This document shows positions 29,695 to 40,384 of a stretch of 64,000 nucleotides of DNA, one piece after another. Position 1 is the first letter of the stretch. The number at the start of each line of letters is the position of its first letter. The translations under genes and the position numbers were made by a program. Below the pieces are notes generated by a model, which saw only the letters and a list, made by a program, of their open reading frames with translations, had not been told where the DNA came from and ran no database searches. Origin of the DNA: Candidatus Babeliales bacterium (GTDB taxonomy: Bacteria > Babelota > Babeliae > Babelales > JANWKD01); assembly GCA_963701665.1 (NCBI GenBank), contig OY969622.1, positions 736,001 through 800,000 of the forward strand, given 5' to 3'.

Positions 29695-29945
29695 TATTTT
29701 GTTCGTGTGCGATTAATCGCTTCAACAGCTTCTTGCACCGTCTTTATATGCGCTGCATCATCATCATTTATTTCAATGCCAAATGTATCTTCAAATTTCA
29801 TAATAATTTCTAACATATCCAGAGAATCAGCCCCCAAAGCTTCAAAAGAAGATTGAGGCGTGATTTGTGCTTTATCAATATTCAAGGTATCAACAATGAT
29901 AGTAGCAACTTTTGCAAACGTATCGTTAACATCAAATTGTGCCAT
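29694..29945 (-). CDS. acpP: Acyl carrier protein
   Basis: LGADSLD phosphopantetheine site, FEDTFGIEI. Confidence 0.96.
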   Translation of the reverse strand: MAQFDVNDTFAKVATIIVDTLNIDKAQITPQSSFEALGADSLDMLEIIMKFEDTFGIEINDDDAAHIKTVQEAVEAINRTRTK

Positions 29946-30032
29946 TAATTGAGCTCCTAAGAAAAAAAATCAAGGGATAGTATTAGTATACTGCATCAAT
30001 GCACACGTAGCTAGATTTGCATAAAGATTTAC

Positions 30033-30965
30033 TCAAGCAGTCTGCTGAATAAAGCTCTTGAGTGCATCAATATCTGAACGCGTGTTAATGGTGAAATGTG
30101 CTTTTTCTGGGAATAACGCGCGCACTAATGAAGATAATGTTTTACCCGGGCCAATTTCAAGAATTATATCCCAATCAGCGCACTGTTGCAGCACTTTGTT
30201 CCACATAATTGGCGCGTGCAGTTGTTTCATCACGCGTTGCTTAATAGCGTCATGTTTTTGAACGAGTGCACCATCGGCGCACGCAATGAGTGGAATCGAG
30301 GTTGTTCTGAAATCAATTTTAGTGCAATATTTTTCGAGTGTGTCGACAACAGGATTCATCAAATCACTGTGAAGACCGCCCTTAACCGATATTTCTTGCA
30401 TAAAACCATTTTTTTCAGCAACCATTTTTGCTAGATCAGGAAATAATGCAGCGTTACCAGTAACAATATGCTCATAATCAGAAGTATATACTGCCAAGGA
30501 AAGTTTCAGATCACGCTCGTTCAACGAAGAGCAGATCTTTTTAAGCGTTGCAGCATTAATGCCTTTCACGAGTGCAGCACGTACATCAACTGTTTGCAAA
30601 AGTTCGCTATAAAATAACGCATATTTTTGTAAAAAATATAAGCCGTCTGGCAAACTTATACCATCGATGGTGCACAGCGCACTCAATTCACCAATACCAT
30701 GACCTGCAACAGCATCGATGGTAATTCCCTCTTGTTTGACCAAAAGAGCAAGTGAAACACTCGTCAGAAAAATTGAAACGTACGCATTCTCTAATGCTGA
30801 TAACTCTTCATCAGACGAGGCAAAACATAATTTTACGAAATTTATAGAAAGACAATTATACGCTTCTTCAAAATATTCTTGCACCAGGCGAGATTCATCA
30901 TAAAGTTCTTTTCCCATACCAACATACTGACTGCCGTAATCAGGAAATAACATACCTATTTTCAT
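30033..30965 (-). CDS. fabD: FabD (malonyl-CoA:ACP transacylase)-like protein with degenerate active site
   Basis: FPDYGSQYVGMG, GHGIGE (canonical GHSxGE), LHS, LEIGPG; adjacent to acpP. Confidence 0.8.
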   Translation of the reverse strand: MKIGMLFPDYGSQYVGMGKELYDESRLVQEYFEEAYNCLSINFVKLCFASSDEELSALENAYVSIFLTSVSLALLVKQEGITIDAVAGHGIGELSALCTIDGISLPDGLYFLQKYALFYSELLQTVDVRAALVKGINAATLKKICSSLNERDLKLSLAVYTSDYEHIVTGNAALFPDLAKMVAEKNGFMQEISVKGGLHSDLMNPVVDTLEKYCTKIDFRTTSIPLIACADGALVQKHDAIKQRVMKQLHAPIMWNKVLQQCADWDIILEIGPGKTLSSLVRALFPEKAHFTINTRSDIDALKSFIQQTA

Positions 30966-30977
30966 CACAACACCCTT

Positions 30978-32399
30978 CTAGAGTGACGCCTTGCACTGTA
31001 CAGAAAATTTTTGCAATCGTTTCACTGTTTCATCTTTGCCCAATAATGTCATCAACTCAAAAATACCTGGGCTCGCTGTAGTTGATGTTAATGCAAGACG
31101 AATTGGCTGTGCCAGCGTGACAAGTTGAATGGTATATTGAGCGCAAATATCTTTAAGCAAAGCTTTGAGTGAATCGACAGAATACGTATCAAGGCCCATA
31201 ATTCTTTTTTGTAGCACTTCAAATTGTTCAATAATAGGAGGTGTAACCCATTTTTTCATATCTTCGGCTGATGCTTGCTGTTGATTATCGTGTAATCTTT
31301 GTAAGGTATTCATGAGATCAACAAGTGTTGTATTCCGTTCTTTGTATAAGGTAATACCAAGCAGCACTTGATCATGCTTCCACCCACCAAGAGGTCGTGG
31401 CCAAGAAGCATCAATATCACGAACAATATGATCAAAAATTTTTTGTGCAGAATACGAGCGCATGTACATACCATTCACCCAGTGCAACTTTTGATTATCA
31501 AAGACAGCACCATGCTTACCCACTTTTTCCATGGTAAAATGATCAATCATCTCTTGGCGAGTGAAAATTTCTTGATCTCCATGCGCCCATCCTAAGCGCA
31601 CGAGATAATTGCACAACGCTTCTGGAAGAAATCCATTTTTTTTGTAATCAAGCACCGATGTAGCAACATCGCGTTTACTTAATTTACCACCCGAAGGCGA
31701 AAGAATAAGCGGCAGATGCGCAAATATTGGCACTTTAAATCCTAATGCCTGATATAACAAAATTTGTCGTGGTGTATTGGGAATATGCTCTTCACCGCGA
31801 ATGACATGCGTGATATTCATTAATGCATCATCAACAACCACAACAAAATTATAAATCGGTGTGCCATCAGAACGAGCGATTATGAAATCATCAATTTGAT
31901 CACGATCAAAGCTAATACGACCATGAATTAAATCATCAAAAGCTATTTCACGAATATCTTGTGGAACTTTCAAACGTATAACATACGGTTGATCATGTAA
32001 CTTAGTAGTTGGTTCTTGTAATCTACAGCGCGAGTCATATTTAAAATAACTTTCACCATCAGCGGCAGTAGCTTGCACCGGGCAATAACAACGATAGGCT
32101 TTCCCATTTTGGACCAATGTTTCAATCATTCTTTTATGTTCAGCAAGAAATTCTGATTGAATGTGCAACGGTTCATCGCTCATAATGTCAGTCCATTGTA
32201 AAGAATCAATGATTGATCGCACATATTCAGCTTTTGATCGTGCAAAGTCAGTATCCTCAATGCGAATTACAAAAGAGCCTTTATTATGGCGTGCAAAGAG
32301 AAAGTTAAACAAAGCCGTACGCAATCCACCAATATGCAAATGTCCCGTAGGCGAGGGCGCAAAACGCACGCGTATAGATGATGATGCTGAAATACTCAT
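30978..32399 (-). CDS. gltX: Glutamate--tRNA ligase
   Basis: RFAPSPTGHLHIGG, IRGEEH, KLSKR. Confidence 0.97.
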   Translation of the reverse strand: MSISASSSIRVRFAPSPTGHLHIGGLRTALFNFLFARHNKGSFVIRIEDTDFARSKAEYVRSIIDSLQWTDIMSDEPLHIQSEFLAEHKRMIETLVQNGKAYRCYCPVQATAADGESYFKYDSRCRLQEPTTKLHDQPYVIRLKVPQDIREIAFDDLIHGRISFDRDQIDDFIIARSDGTPIYNFVVVVDDALMNITHVIRGEEHIPNTPRQILLYQALGFKVPIFAHLPLILSPSGGKLSKRDVATSVLDYKKNGFLPEALCNYLVRLGWAHGDQEIFTRQEMIDHFTMEKVGKHGAVFDNQKLHWVNGMYMRSYSAQKIFDHIVRDIDASWPRPLGGWKHDQVLLGITLYKERNTTLVDLMNTLQRLHDNQQQASAEDMKKWVTPPIIEQFEVLQKRIMGLDTYSVDSLKALLKDICAQYTIQLVTLAQPIRLALTSTTASPGIFELMTLLGKDETVKRLQKFSVQCKASL

Positions 32400-32406
32400 G
32401 AATTCC

Positions 32407-33075
32407 TTAAACGCGCTCTATTGCTTGTAATTTTTCTTGCGCAAGTGCAGCCCAAGGTGACGTTGCTTGACCACCTTCGGGGAATGAAACGACTAGATTA
32501 TGAAAAATTTCTTTTGCGCGAGCAAAATCACTGAGGTTTTCATAATAGGTTGCTAAATAAAAAAGCGCTTGATCTCTATTTTTATTTTTTGTGTTCATCG
32601 CCAATGCTTCTAAATCCCGTAGCCCAGTATTTTTTACGGTGTCATCTGTGCTATCCATTTTGATCGCCGCAGATTCGATCGCATAAAGATAATATAATGG
32701 CGAACTTTTTGAAATTGAACTCAATACACGGTCCAAAGTCGTTATCGCTTCTGCCGACTTTCCTTCTGCAACGAGCGATTGCGCTTCAATAGCAAGAAAA
32801 TAGGGCGCAAGTGATGAATTACTATGTTGACGATATCCCGTAACACTAGCAAGATTCACATTAGGCCATTGCGTCTCATCGTGAACCGCATTTTTTAATT
32901 CTTCCAAACAAGTACTCAATGCCGCTTGAGCTGCTTCTTCCTGGTGCACACGATATAACCAATACCCATAGCCTGCTGCAACGGCACCGGCGATTAAAGC
33001 TACAGCAAATAGGGATTCTTTGACATGTTTTTTTACATAATCTTGTATAGAATTTACTGAAATGAATGAGAGCAT
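32407..33075 (-). CDS. Membrane-anchored TPR-like protein (YfgM-like)
   Basis: N-terminal TM ending GYGYW followed by helical TPR-like repeats. Confidence 0.6.
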   Translation of the reverse strand: MLSFISVNSIQDYVKKHVKESLFAVALIAGAVAAGYGYWLYRVHQEEAAQAALSTCLEELKNAVHDETQWPNVNLASVTGYRQHSNSSLAPYFLAIEAQSLVAEGKSAEAITTLDRVLSSISKSSPLYYLYAIESAAIKMDSTDDTVKNTGLRDLEALAMNTKNKNRDQALFYLATYYENLSDFARAKEIFHNLVVSFPEGGQATSPWAALAQEKLQAIERV

Positions 33076-33152
33076 AATGAATATTTCTCCTTGCTATAAA
33101 TGTTCAATGTTACCAAACCTTAGCATACTCCGCTAAAAACTCAAGTTGGATG

Positions 33153-34208
33153 CTAGACGAGCGTTAGATCACGAGAGGTGCTTGATCGCGCCACAGAATG
33201 AGCAGCTAGACGTTCGGCGAGTGATGTATTAAAAGTCTCTAAGATTTTTTTCTGAACCACACTGTGTGCATAAAGAATGGCATTTTCTATTGCCTGTTCA
33301 TTTGAGCACCCGTGAGCAACTATGAGCGGTTTTTGAAGTCCCAAAAGTAATGCCCCACCATGTTTGCGATAATCAATTTTATGTCTTAAGGGCTTCATGA
33401 GAGATTTTGAAAGGTAACCAATCAAAAGACCATACCATGAGGTCGAATAAGCTTGCTTGATCCAATCAAAAATCGCTTGACCAGTACCCTGAATTGATTT
33501 TAAGAGAATATTACCGACAAAACCATCACATACCACGACATCGGCTAATCCATTAAAGAGAGCACGCGATTCTAAATTGCCTATGAAATTCAATAAAGGT
33601 GTTTCCTGAAGCAAATCATACGCAGCTTTTACTGCCTGACTTCCTTTATATGGTTCCTCCCCATTAGCTAGAAGTGCTACCCGAGGATGCCGGCATGAAG
33701 TTGTTTGTTGCACAAAAAGACTGCCCATAAGGGCAAATTGACGTAGATGTTCGGCTTTGCAATCAGTGTTGGCCCCAACATCAATAACAAAGATAGGATC
33801 TTTTTTTGTGGGTAAAAATGTACCGAGAGCAGGTCTTAAAAGCCCCGCTATCCTACCCAAAACCATAATGCCACCAACGAGAGCCGCACCTGAATTTCCT
33901 GCCGAGACAACCGCTTGCGCTGTACCTTCAGAAGCTGCATGTAACGCGCGAAAGAGTGATGAATCTTTTTTTCTAAGCAAATCTCTTGTAGGCTCGTCGC
34001 CCATATCCACCACCGTTGTACAGTCAACAATAGAAATAGGCAGTTTGGCCCAGTTTTGATCACAATCAGATAAGATTCCTTCTATGACATCCTGGTAACC
34101 AAACAGCGTAACTGCGATCGAGCCGGAAGAATTTTTCACTGCATTGAAGGCCCCTTGAACGGCAACTTTAGGAGCAAAATCACCACCCATAGCATCAACA
34201 GCGATCAT
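33153..34208 (-). CDS. plsX: Phosphate acyltransferase PlsX
   Basis: IAVDAMGGDFAP, SAGNSGA, DVGAN, CDGFVGN, GGALLLG. Confidence 0.97.
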   Translation of the reverse strand: MIAVDAMGGDFAPKVAVQGAFNAVKNSSGSIAVTLFGYQDVIEGILSDCDQNWAKLPISIVDCTTVVDMGDEPTRDLLRKKDSSLFRALHAASEGTAQAVVSAGNSGAALVGGIMVLGRIAGLLRPALGTFLPTKKDPIFVIDVGANTDCKAEHLRQFALMGSLFVQQTTSCRHPRVALLANGEEPYKGSQAVKAAYDLLQETPLLNFIGNLESRALFNGLADVVVCDGFVGNILLKSIQGTGQAIFDWIKQAYSTSWYGLLIGYLSKSLMKPLRHKIDYRKHGGALLLGLQKPLIVAHGCSNEQAIENAILYAHSVVQKKILETFNTSLAERLAAHSVARSSTSRDLTLV

Positions 34209-34211
34209 ATC

Positions 34212-34478
34212 TTATTCTTCAGATTTTGTATCGATAGGTGCTTCTTTAGCTGCTTTTGCTGAACGAACTTGATGAGTTTCGGCACGCTTAAGACCACGTT
34301 CAACTTTAGTTTCAAGTACCTTTGCTCCTTTATAAAAACCACAGCTTTTGCAAGCTTGATGAGGCGCTAGGGCTGCTTTGCATTGAGCACAGCTGGTAAA
34401 AGCTTGGACTTTGAGACCTTTATTGGCAAATCTTTTATCTCTGCGGGCTTTCGACCGCTTCCGTTTTGGTACTGGCAT
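34212..34478 (-). CDS. rpmF: 50S ribosomal protein L32
   Basis: MPVPKRKRSK..CxxC..HQACKSCGFY; upstream of plsX. Confidence 0.96.
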   Translation of the reverse strand: MPVPKRKRSKARRDKRFANKGLKVQAFTSCAQCKAALAPHQACKSCGFYKGAKVLETKVERGLKRAETHQVRSAKAAKEAPIDTKSEE

Positions 34479-34615
34479 ACGTAAATACTCCGAAATAACA
34501 CGAATAAAAAAAGGCTTTTAAGCCATAAATTTTACTGTTTACTTTAGCAGATTTGGCAAAAAAGACAATTTTTAGCCATTAAAAAAGATCGAATAATCTT
34601 CTTATCAGGGCTTAA

Positions 34616-35032
34616 CTAGCCTATTTTTGTAGATAATCTAATAAGCGATGTATGGAGGTTTTTTAGTGCTTTGGTAAGACGCTTCGCTTTAATGCGCGCC
34701 TCCCGTTCTCTCATTCCTCTCGCTATTGGTTCCGTTGTTGCAGCAATACGCTTCCTCGCCGCTCTATGTTCCATTTCAAGTTCAGCTCTTTCTTCTAATT
34801 CTTTTCGCCTGGTCTGTTCTCTGCGCAATAACCGCTCCTCGTCCATTAATTGTCCAGGTAAAACCCCATTCATCTGCTCTGATATGCCTTCTATTTCTCC
34901 CAACCTTCTAGTAATTTGATCATTGGGCCAGTTCTTAATTTTTTCTATGAACGGCGCCCCCATACTGAATAAATGAGAAAAGAATGCACACATAATCATA
35001 AAAAATAATTTTTTAACATTCTGCTTCATCAA
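34616..35032 (-). CDS. Secreted hypothetical protein with conserved C-terminal helix
   Basis: Signal peptide, charged coiled coil, ends LTKALKNLHTSLIRLSTKIG; RBS GGAGG. Confidence 0.65.
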   Translation of the reverse strand: MMKQNVKKLFFMIMCAFFSHLFSMGAPFIEKIKNWPNDQITRRLGEIEGISEQMNGVLPGQLMDEERLLRREQTRRKELEERAELEMEHRAARKRIAATTEPIARGMREREARIKAKRLTKALKNLHTSLIRLSTKIG

Positions 35033-35061
35033 GCCCTCCTTAAAATGAGTCCATTTAATTT

Positions 35062-35958
35062 TTATAAGCTATTGGCTATATGTAATAAGCTGATATTTAA
35101 TTGTTGCAGTGCTTTTTTTAACTGCTCTTCTTTTTCTCGTTGTATTACCAGTTCTTTTCTAATTCGTCCGGGAGATTTTAATGATGGCGATACTTTGGTA
35201 GCTCCTGGTTTTCTTAATGGTTTTAAAGGCTCGTGAATAATTTTTTCGCCGGGGGCTAATATTAACAATTCTTCTTGAGTTTTTGGCTTGCGTTCTTTCT
35301 CTATACGTCTGGCTTCATGTTTAGCCTTTAAGAGTCTTTTTCGCTCTTCTAATTTTTTTCTTACTTCTTCCATAGTAAGCTTTTTAGGTTCCGCTTTTGG
35401 CTCTTCAGGCAATTCTAGAAGAAGCTTTTCCTGTTCTGCTCTGAGTCTTTCCTCGCGAGCTTTTATATTTTTTTGTTTTGTCATTCCCATTTCAAGGAAA
35501 CCACCTGCACTCGCTTGATATAATCTTCTATAAGGAGCATTTTCAGGTTCTTGAAATGCAAATCCACCAGGTCCCTGCTTTGTCTTCTCTAGTTGAACAT
35601 TCAATTTTTCTAGTTGCGCATTCAATTTTTGCTTAGTTTCATAAATTTGATCGCCTTCACTAATCAATTCATCAAATCTTTTTTTATCTTCCGCGTGAGC
35701 AAAAACACCATATTTTTTTTGATAATCAGCCAAACGAGTGAATTCTGCTGTAATTTCAGAATATCTTTCTTCTAAACTTTCATATTTTTTCTCCAAATCT
35801 CTTATTTTTTTTTCAACCCTTTGTTGATACGTTAGTGCTATTGTTGGTCTTGGTTTTTTTTGTGAAGGCACAAAGCTTCTTGAAACAACACTACAATCAG
35901 TTTCCAAAGAACTTAGTAAAGTAACCATGAAAATTATAAGGGAAAGAGTCAACTTCAT
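35062..35958 (-). CDS. Secreted coiled-coil hypothetical protein with conserved C-terminal helix
   Basis: Signal peptide, K/E-rich coiled coil, ends LKKALQQLNISLLHIANSL. Confidence 0.65.
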   Translation of the reverse strand: MKLTLSLIIFMVTLLSSLETDCSVVSRSFVPSQKKPRPTIALTYQQRVEKKIRDLEKKYESLEERYSEITAEFTRLADYQKKYGVFAHAEDKKRFDELISEGDQIYETKQKLNAQLEKLNVQLEKTKQGPGGFAFQEPENAPYRRLYQASAGGFLEMGMTKQKNIKAREERLRAEQEKLLLELPEEPKAEPKKLTMEEVRKKLEERKRLLKAKHEARRIEKERKPKTQEELLILAPGEKIIHEPLKPLRKPGATKVSPSLKSPGRIRKELVIQREKEEQLKKALQQLNISLLHIANSL

Positions 35959-36027
35959 TTTATAACCTTTTTTTTAATGCACATTATCAGCAATAACAGT
36001 AAAAAAAGGCGATTAGAAAAGTCAATA

Positions 36028-37149
36028 TTAGGAAGATCGTTGCCACATGCCCATGAAATTTTGCGTAACTTTTCCAGCAAGTTGCAAATCAAATAATTGC
36101 GTTTGCAATTCTAAAAGAGAAAGGCCCGTTTTTTGTTCAAGTTCATCGATAGAGACAGGATATTTACATAAGTGAAGCAGTTGAGGGTTTTTATCAGACA
36201 CGTGCATTTGTGCACTCGTTTCATCTTCTTGAACGCGTGTATCATCATCCGCTCGTTCCGCACTCTGATATCCGCACTCGCGTAAAATATCGGTTGCACT
36301 CGTTGCGACATGAGCACCTTGGCGCATCAGTTCATGACAACCCGCGCTCAACGGATCATCAAAAAGTCCAGGAACGGCAAAAACTTCTTTGCCTTGTTCA
36401 AGCGCATGCGATGCCGTAATTAAGGAGCCGCTTTTTGATGCAGCTTGCACAACAACGCACGCTTTGCTTAATCCCGCAATGATACGGTTTCGTGCAGGAA
36501 AATTAGCCGGTAGGGGATACATGTTCATAGGATAGGAAGTAACGAGCGTACCACCATGTTCAATAATAGAAGAAAATAAGCGTACGTTTTGCACCGGATA
36601 AAGATTGTTAAAACCCGCGCCTAATACAACAACAGTTTTGCCGCGTGCATTAAGAGCAGCTTGATGCGCAAAAGTATCAATGCCGCGCGCACCACCACTC
36701 ACGATGGTAATGCCGCACTCGACTAATGGGGGAATAAATGTATCAACACACGTTTTTCCATATGAAGTTGCCTTGCGTGCGCCCACAAAAGCAATACTTT
36801 CAGCGTGATCTGATAAAGGAGTACCTTTTACATACAACACCGCAGGCGGAACATGAATAGAACGGAGCATCGCTGGGTAGGCATCATCTACAAACATAAC
36901 TATGCTCACTCGTTCTTTCTGGATTAATGTTAATTCTTGATCAAGCTTTGCACGATCAAGCAATCCTTCCACAATGAGATGTGCACTTTTTTCAGCGATA
37001 CCACACCGATGCATAAGATCTGTAACTGAAAAATTGTACACTTCAGCAAGAGTATCGTGAGGAATTTTTTCCAGAATGCGATTGATCAGTGCAGGACCAA
37101 CATTATCGATTAATGAGAGGTGCAGTATAAAATCGTGAATGTTCATCAT
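36028..37149 (-). CDS. dprA: DNA-processing protein DprA
   Basis: VGARKAT, VSGGARGID, FPARNRIIAGLS, SGSLITA. Confidence 0.96.
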   Translation of the reverse strand: MMNIHDFILHLSLIDNVGPALINRILEKIPHDTLAEVYNFSVTDLMHRCGIAEKSAHLIVEGLLDRAKLDQELTLIQKERVSIVMFVDDAYPAMLRSIHVPPAVLYVKGTPLSDHAESIAFVGARKATSYGKTCVDTFIPPLVECGITIVSGGARGIDTFAHQAALNARGKTVVVLGAGFNNLYPVQNVRLFSSIIEHGGTLVTSYPMNMYPLPANFPARNRIIAGLSKACVVVQAASKSGSLITASHALEQGKEVFAVPGLFDDPLSAGCHELMRQGAHVATSATDILRECGYQSAERADDDTRVQEDETSAQMHVSDKNPQLLHLCKYPVSIDELEQKTGLSLLELQTQLFDLQLAGKVTQNFMGMWQRSS

Positions 37150-38801
37150 TAGATAAAGTCTAAGCTATCATCCTCTTTGCTAGAATCCGAAGATGGTACA
37201 TCATTCTGTTCCTCTTGCCCAATGAAAATAAAATGCGAATCTTCAAACCCAGAAGCTTTGATCGGCGTATTCTTAGGCGCTTTTGGTGCGTTTGCATTTT
37301 CTTCATGATCAACTGTTGGTTCTTCAAAAGAAACAACTGCCGATAATCTTTGATCTTCATTTAAGCGAATGAGACGCACACCTTGTGCTTGACGGCCCAT
37401 AGTACGAATTTCTGTTGGTGAAAGACGAATAATTTTTCCGGTGGTATCAATAAGCAACACATTTGAACTATCGGTGACAACGGTCAAGCCAATGACATTA
37501 CCATTACGCTCGGTCGTTGGGATAGTGCGTACGCCATAGCCACCGCGATGCGCCACGCGGAAATCATCAGCTTTCACGCGTTTACCATACCCTCGTTCTG
37601 TTGCAAATAAGATATCATTATCATCGTGAATAACTTCCATACCCACCACAAAATCTTTTGATTTCAAGCGAATACCCATCACGCCAGAGGCTTGGCGGCC
37701 CATTTGCCGCACTTCAGTTTCTTTGAAGCGAATTCCTTGGCCTTTTGCTGTTGCAATAACAATTGAATCATTGCCTGAACTGAGTGCACAGAAGACTAAA
37801 TGATCATTGTCACGCAAATTAATTGCACGAATACCTGAGCTTCTAATTTTTGCAAATGCCATTGCATCCGTACGCTTAATAATACCTTCTCGCGTTAACA
37901 ATACTAACGATTTGCCTTCCAAATCACGTGCAGGCAATAATTTTACCACTGTTTCATCCGGCGCTAATGGCAATAAATTAACTATAGCGCGGCCTTTTGC
38001 AATACGAGATCCTTCAGGAACTTCAAACACATTTAAACTATACACGCGGCCTAAATTGGTGAAGAACAGAAGTTCATCATGGGTTTTTGCAACAAAAATA
38101 TCTTGAATTAAATCACCTGATTCATCGAGTGCCGTCATACCCATCTTCCCGCTTCCACCACGATGTTGTACGCCATACGTTCCCAGCGGCACGCGTTTGA
38201 TATAGCCTTTGCTTGTGAGGGTAACGACCACTTCTTCATCAGGAATTAAATCTGCTTCAGTCAGAATATCAATTGGCCCTTCAATTTTGGTGCGACGAGC
38301 ATCAGCATATTCACTTTTAATGGCGATTAATTCTGCTTTTACTTCAGTACGCAAAATAGTTCTATCGGCAAGAATTGATTTATAATATTGAATCGTTTTT
38401 TTCAACTCTTCCATTTCAGTGTAAATTTTTTCTTGCTCCATCCCCGTCAAACGTTGTAAACGCAATTCAAGAATCGCTTTACCTTGTTCAAGTGTTAGTA
38501 AGAAGCGTTTATTAAGGTGAGCAATGGCTTCTTCGGCAGAACGCGACTGTTTGATCAACGCAATAACTTCATCAATATTATTCAAAGCAATGATAAAACC
38601 AGCAAGAATATGCTCGCGCATTTCTGCTTTTTTAAGATCATACACCGTACGCTTATAAATAATCTCATGACGATGTACTAAGAATTCATGCAATAATTGA
38701 CGTAGGGTAAAAACAGATGGCTTATTATCGAGCAACGCTAGCATCAAAATCGATATCGTTGATTGCAAGGAGGTGTATTTAAATAACTGATTGAGCACCA
38801 C
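37149..38801 (-). CDS. gyrA: DNA gyrase subunit A, C-terminal part (frameshifted relative to the N-terminal part)
   Basis: [25 protein letters not shown], GyrA-box-like QHRGGSG, beta-pinwheel repeats, acidic tail. Confidence 0.93.
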   Translation of the reverse strand: MVLNQLFKYTSLQSTISILMLALLDNKPSVFTLRQLLHEFLVHRHEIIYKRTVYDLKKAEMREHILAGFIIALNNIDEVIALIKQSRSAEEAIAHLNKRFLLTLEQGKAILELRLQRLTGMEQEKIYTEMEELKKTIQYYKSILADRTILRTEVKAELIAIKSEYADARRTKIEGPIDILTEADLIPDEEVVVTLTSKGYIKRVPLGTYGVQHRGGSGKMGMTALDESGDLIQDIFVAKTHDELLFFTNLGRVYSLNVFEVPEGSRIAKGRAIVNLLPLAPDETVVKLLPARDLEGKSLVLLTREGIIKRTDAMAFAKIRSSGIRAINLRDNDHLVFCALSSGNDSIVIATAKGQGIRFKETEVRQMGRQASGVMGIRLKSKDFVVGMEVIHDDNDILFATERGYGKRVKADDFRVAHRGGYGVRTIPTTERNGNVIGLTVVTDSSNVLLIDTTGKIIRLSPTEIRTMGRQAQGVRLIRLNEDQRLSAVVSFEEPTVDHEENANAPKAPKNTPIKASGFEDSHFIFIGQEEQNDVPSSDSSKEDDSLDFI

Positions 38802-39756
38802 GTGATGGAATTTCACCACGTTTGAGTTCAATAACTAAACGCATACCCTTTTTATCAGATTCATCACGAATATTTGAAATACCTTCAATAATCTTATTCT
38901 TTACTAAATCAGCAATTTTAATTGCTAACTCAGCTTTATTAACTTGGAATGGTAATTCAGTGACAATGAGTGCGGAGCCTTTTTTTGTTTCTTCAGTTTC
39001 AACCACACCGCGCAAAATAAGATTCCCTCGTCCCGTTTTATACGCGCGCACAATGCCCGCTCGTCCGCAAATAATGCCACCCGTTGGAAAATCTGGCGCG
39101 GGAATGAGTTGAAAGAGAGCCTCGTCATCGATTGTTTCATTATCAAGATATGCAAGACACGCATCGATAATTTCGCCTAAATTGTGCGGTGGCACGGCGG
39201 TTGCCATACCAACAGCAATACCAGCAGTACCGTTCACTAATAAATTGGGTAATCTGCTTGGCAAAATAACTGGCTCAACGGTTGAATCATCAAAGTTAGG
39301 CACAAAATCAACCGTCTCTTTATCAAGATCAGCTAAAATTTCGCTGGCAATTTTTGCCATACGCACTTCGGTATAACGCATTGCTGCTGCATTATCGCCA
39401 TCGACCGAACCCCAGTTACCTTGACCATCCAGCAATGGATATCGTTTTGAAAAATTTTGGACAAGCCCAACCATACTATTGTAGACAGCCTGATCGCCAT
39501 GCGGATGGTATTTACCAAGAACATCACCCACAACACGCACCGATTTGTGATAGGGCTTATTGTGATAGAAACCAAGTTGTGCCATGGTATAAAGAATACG
39601 CCGATGCACGGGTTTCAACCCGTCACGCACATCAGGTATTGCACGACTGACTATAACCGACATGGCATAATCAAGAAACGACGTCTTTAATTCTTCTTCA
39701 ATAAGAACCGGCTTAATGCCTAACTTTGAAACTTTTTCTTGAGTATCACTTGCCAT
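38779..39756 (-). CDS. gyrA: DNA gyrase subunit A, N-terminal part (ends prematurely after a +1 frameshift near 38802)
   Basis: [21 protein letters not shown], catalytic AAMRYTE, PDFPTGG, RDESD. Confidence 0.93.
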   Translation of the reverse strand: MASDTQEKVSKLGIKPVLIEEELKTSFLDYAMSVIVSRAIPDVRDGLKPVHRRILYTMAQLGFYHNKPYHKSVRVVGDVLGKYHPHGDQAVYNSMVGLVQNFSKRYPLLDGQGNWGSVDGDNAAAMRYTEVRMAKIASEILADLDKETVDFVPNFDDSTVEPVILPSRLPNLLVNGTAGIAVGMATAVPPHNLGEIIDACLAYLDNETIDDEALFQLIPAPDFPTGGIICGRAGIVRAYKTGRGNLILRGVVETEETKKGSALIVTELPFQVNKAELAIKIADLVKNKIIEGISNIRDESDKKGMRLVIELKRGEIPSRGAQSVI

Positions 39757-40071
39757 TGAAGGTGACCTTTCGTCAGAATCAAATTTAATTTTTATTTGTT
39801 ACAAAAAGTATAACGAAAATTGTTTTTTTAACAAGGATGGGAGAAGTACATTGGTTTTAAATTAATTGATCTAAGTTAGTCAAGGAATGCAAAAAAAATA
39901 TTAAAATAAAATTGTCTGGTAGCACGAAAAATACTTACTTGTTTTTTCTATATTTTCTATAGGGTATCTCTAAAAGAAGTATCGCGATTGTAACGCTCAG
40001 TAAAATTACTGAGCCAATAAGAGAGTACCAAAAATAGGCTTTGAGAAAAGAAAAAAAAGTCCATTATTTTT

Positions 40072-40269
40072 TTATTTCTTTTTATTTTTATAGTGCATCA
40101 AGGCTTTTTCAAAAAATAAGCTAAAAATAGGCACAAGAATTCCAACTATGACTCCATAGGCCATTGCATGAAAAATAGTAAAATCTTTACAATATTTACT
40201 TAACAACCCTGCACCAAGGCCAACAAGTGCTCCAGAAAGCAATGTACGAATAAAGATTGTAGTATTCAT
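40072..40269 (-). CDS. Small two-TM membrane protein
   Basis: Two hydrophobic helices, basic tail, RBS AAAGGA. Confidence 0.55.
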   Translation of the reverse strand: MNTTIFIRTLLSGALVGLGAGLLSKYCKDFTIFHAMAYGVIVGILVPIFSLFFEKALMHYKNKKK

Positions 40270-40384
40270 ATAAACGGTTCCTTTCCCCCCCGAATTTTAT
40301 TAATTTTTCAAATTTTGCTATGCTATATAGTATCATTTTTACTAGAAAAGATAAACTATATAAACTAAGCCGATCACACAATTC

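Noticed and set aside
38802..38831. Independent start for a naturally split GyrA C-terminal subunit
   Set aside because: The first residues (MNSNVVKFH) are out-of-frame sequence of the N-terminal half and no clear RBS is present; a single-base indel explains the split.
39995..40014. Palindrome GCTCAGTAA-AA-TTACTGAGC
   Set aside because: Single copy; most simply a terminator-like hairpin or operator with no further support.
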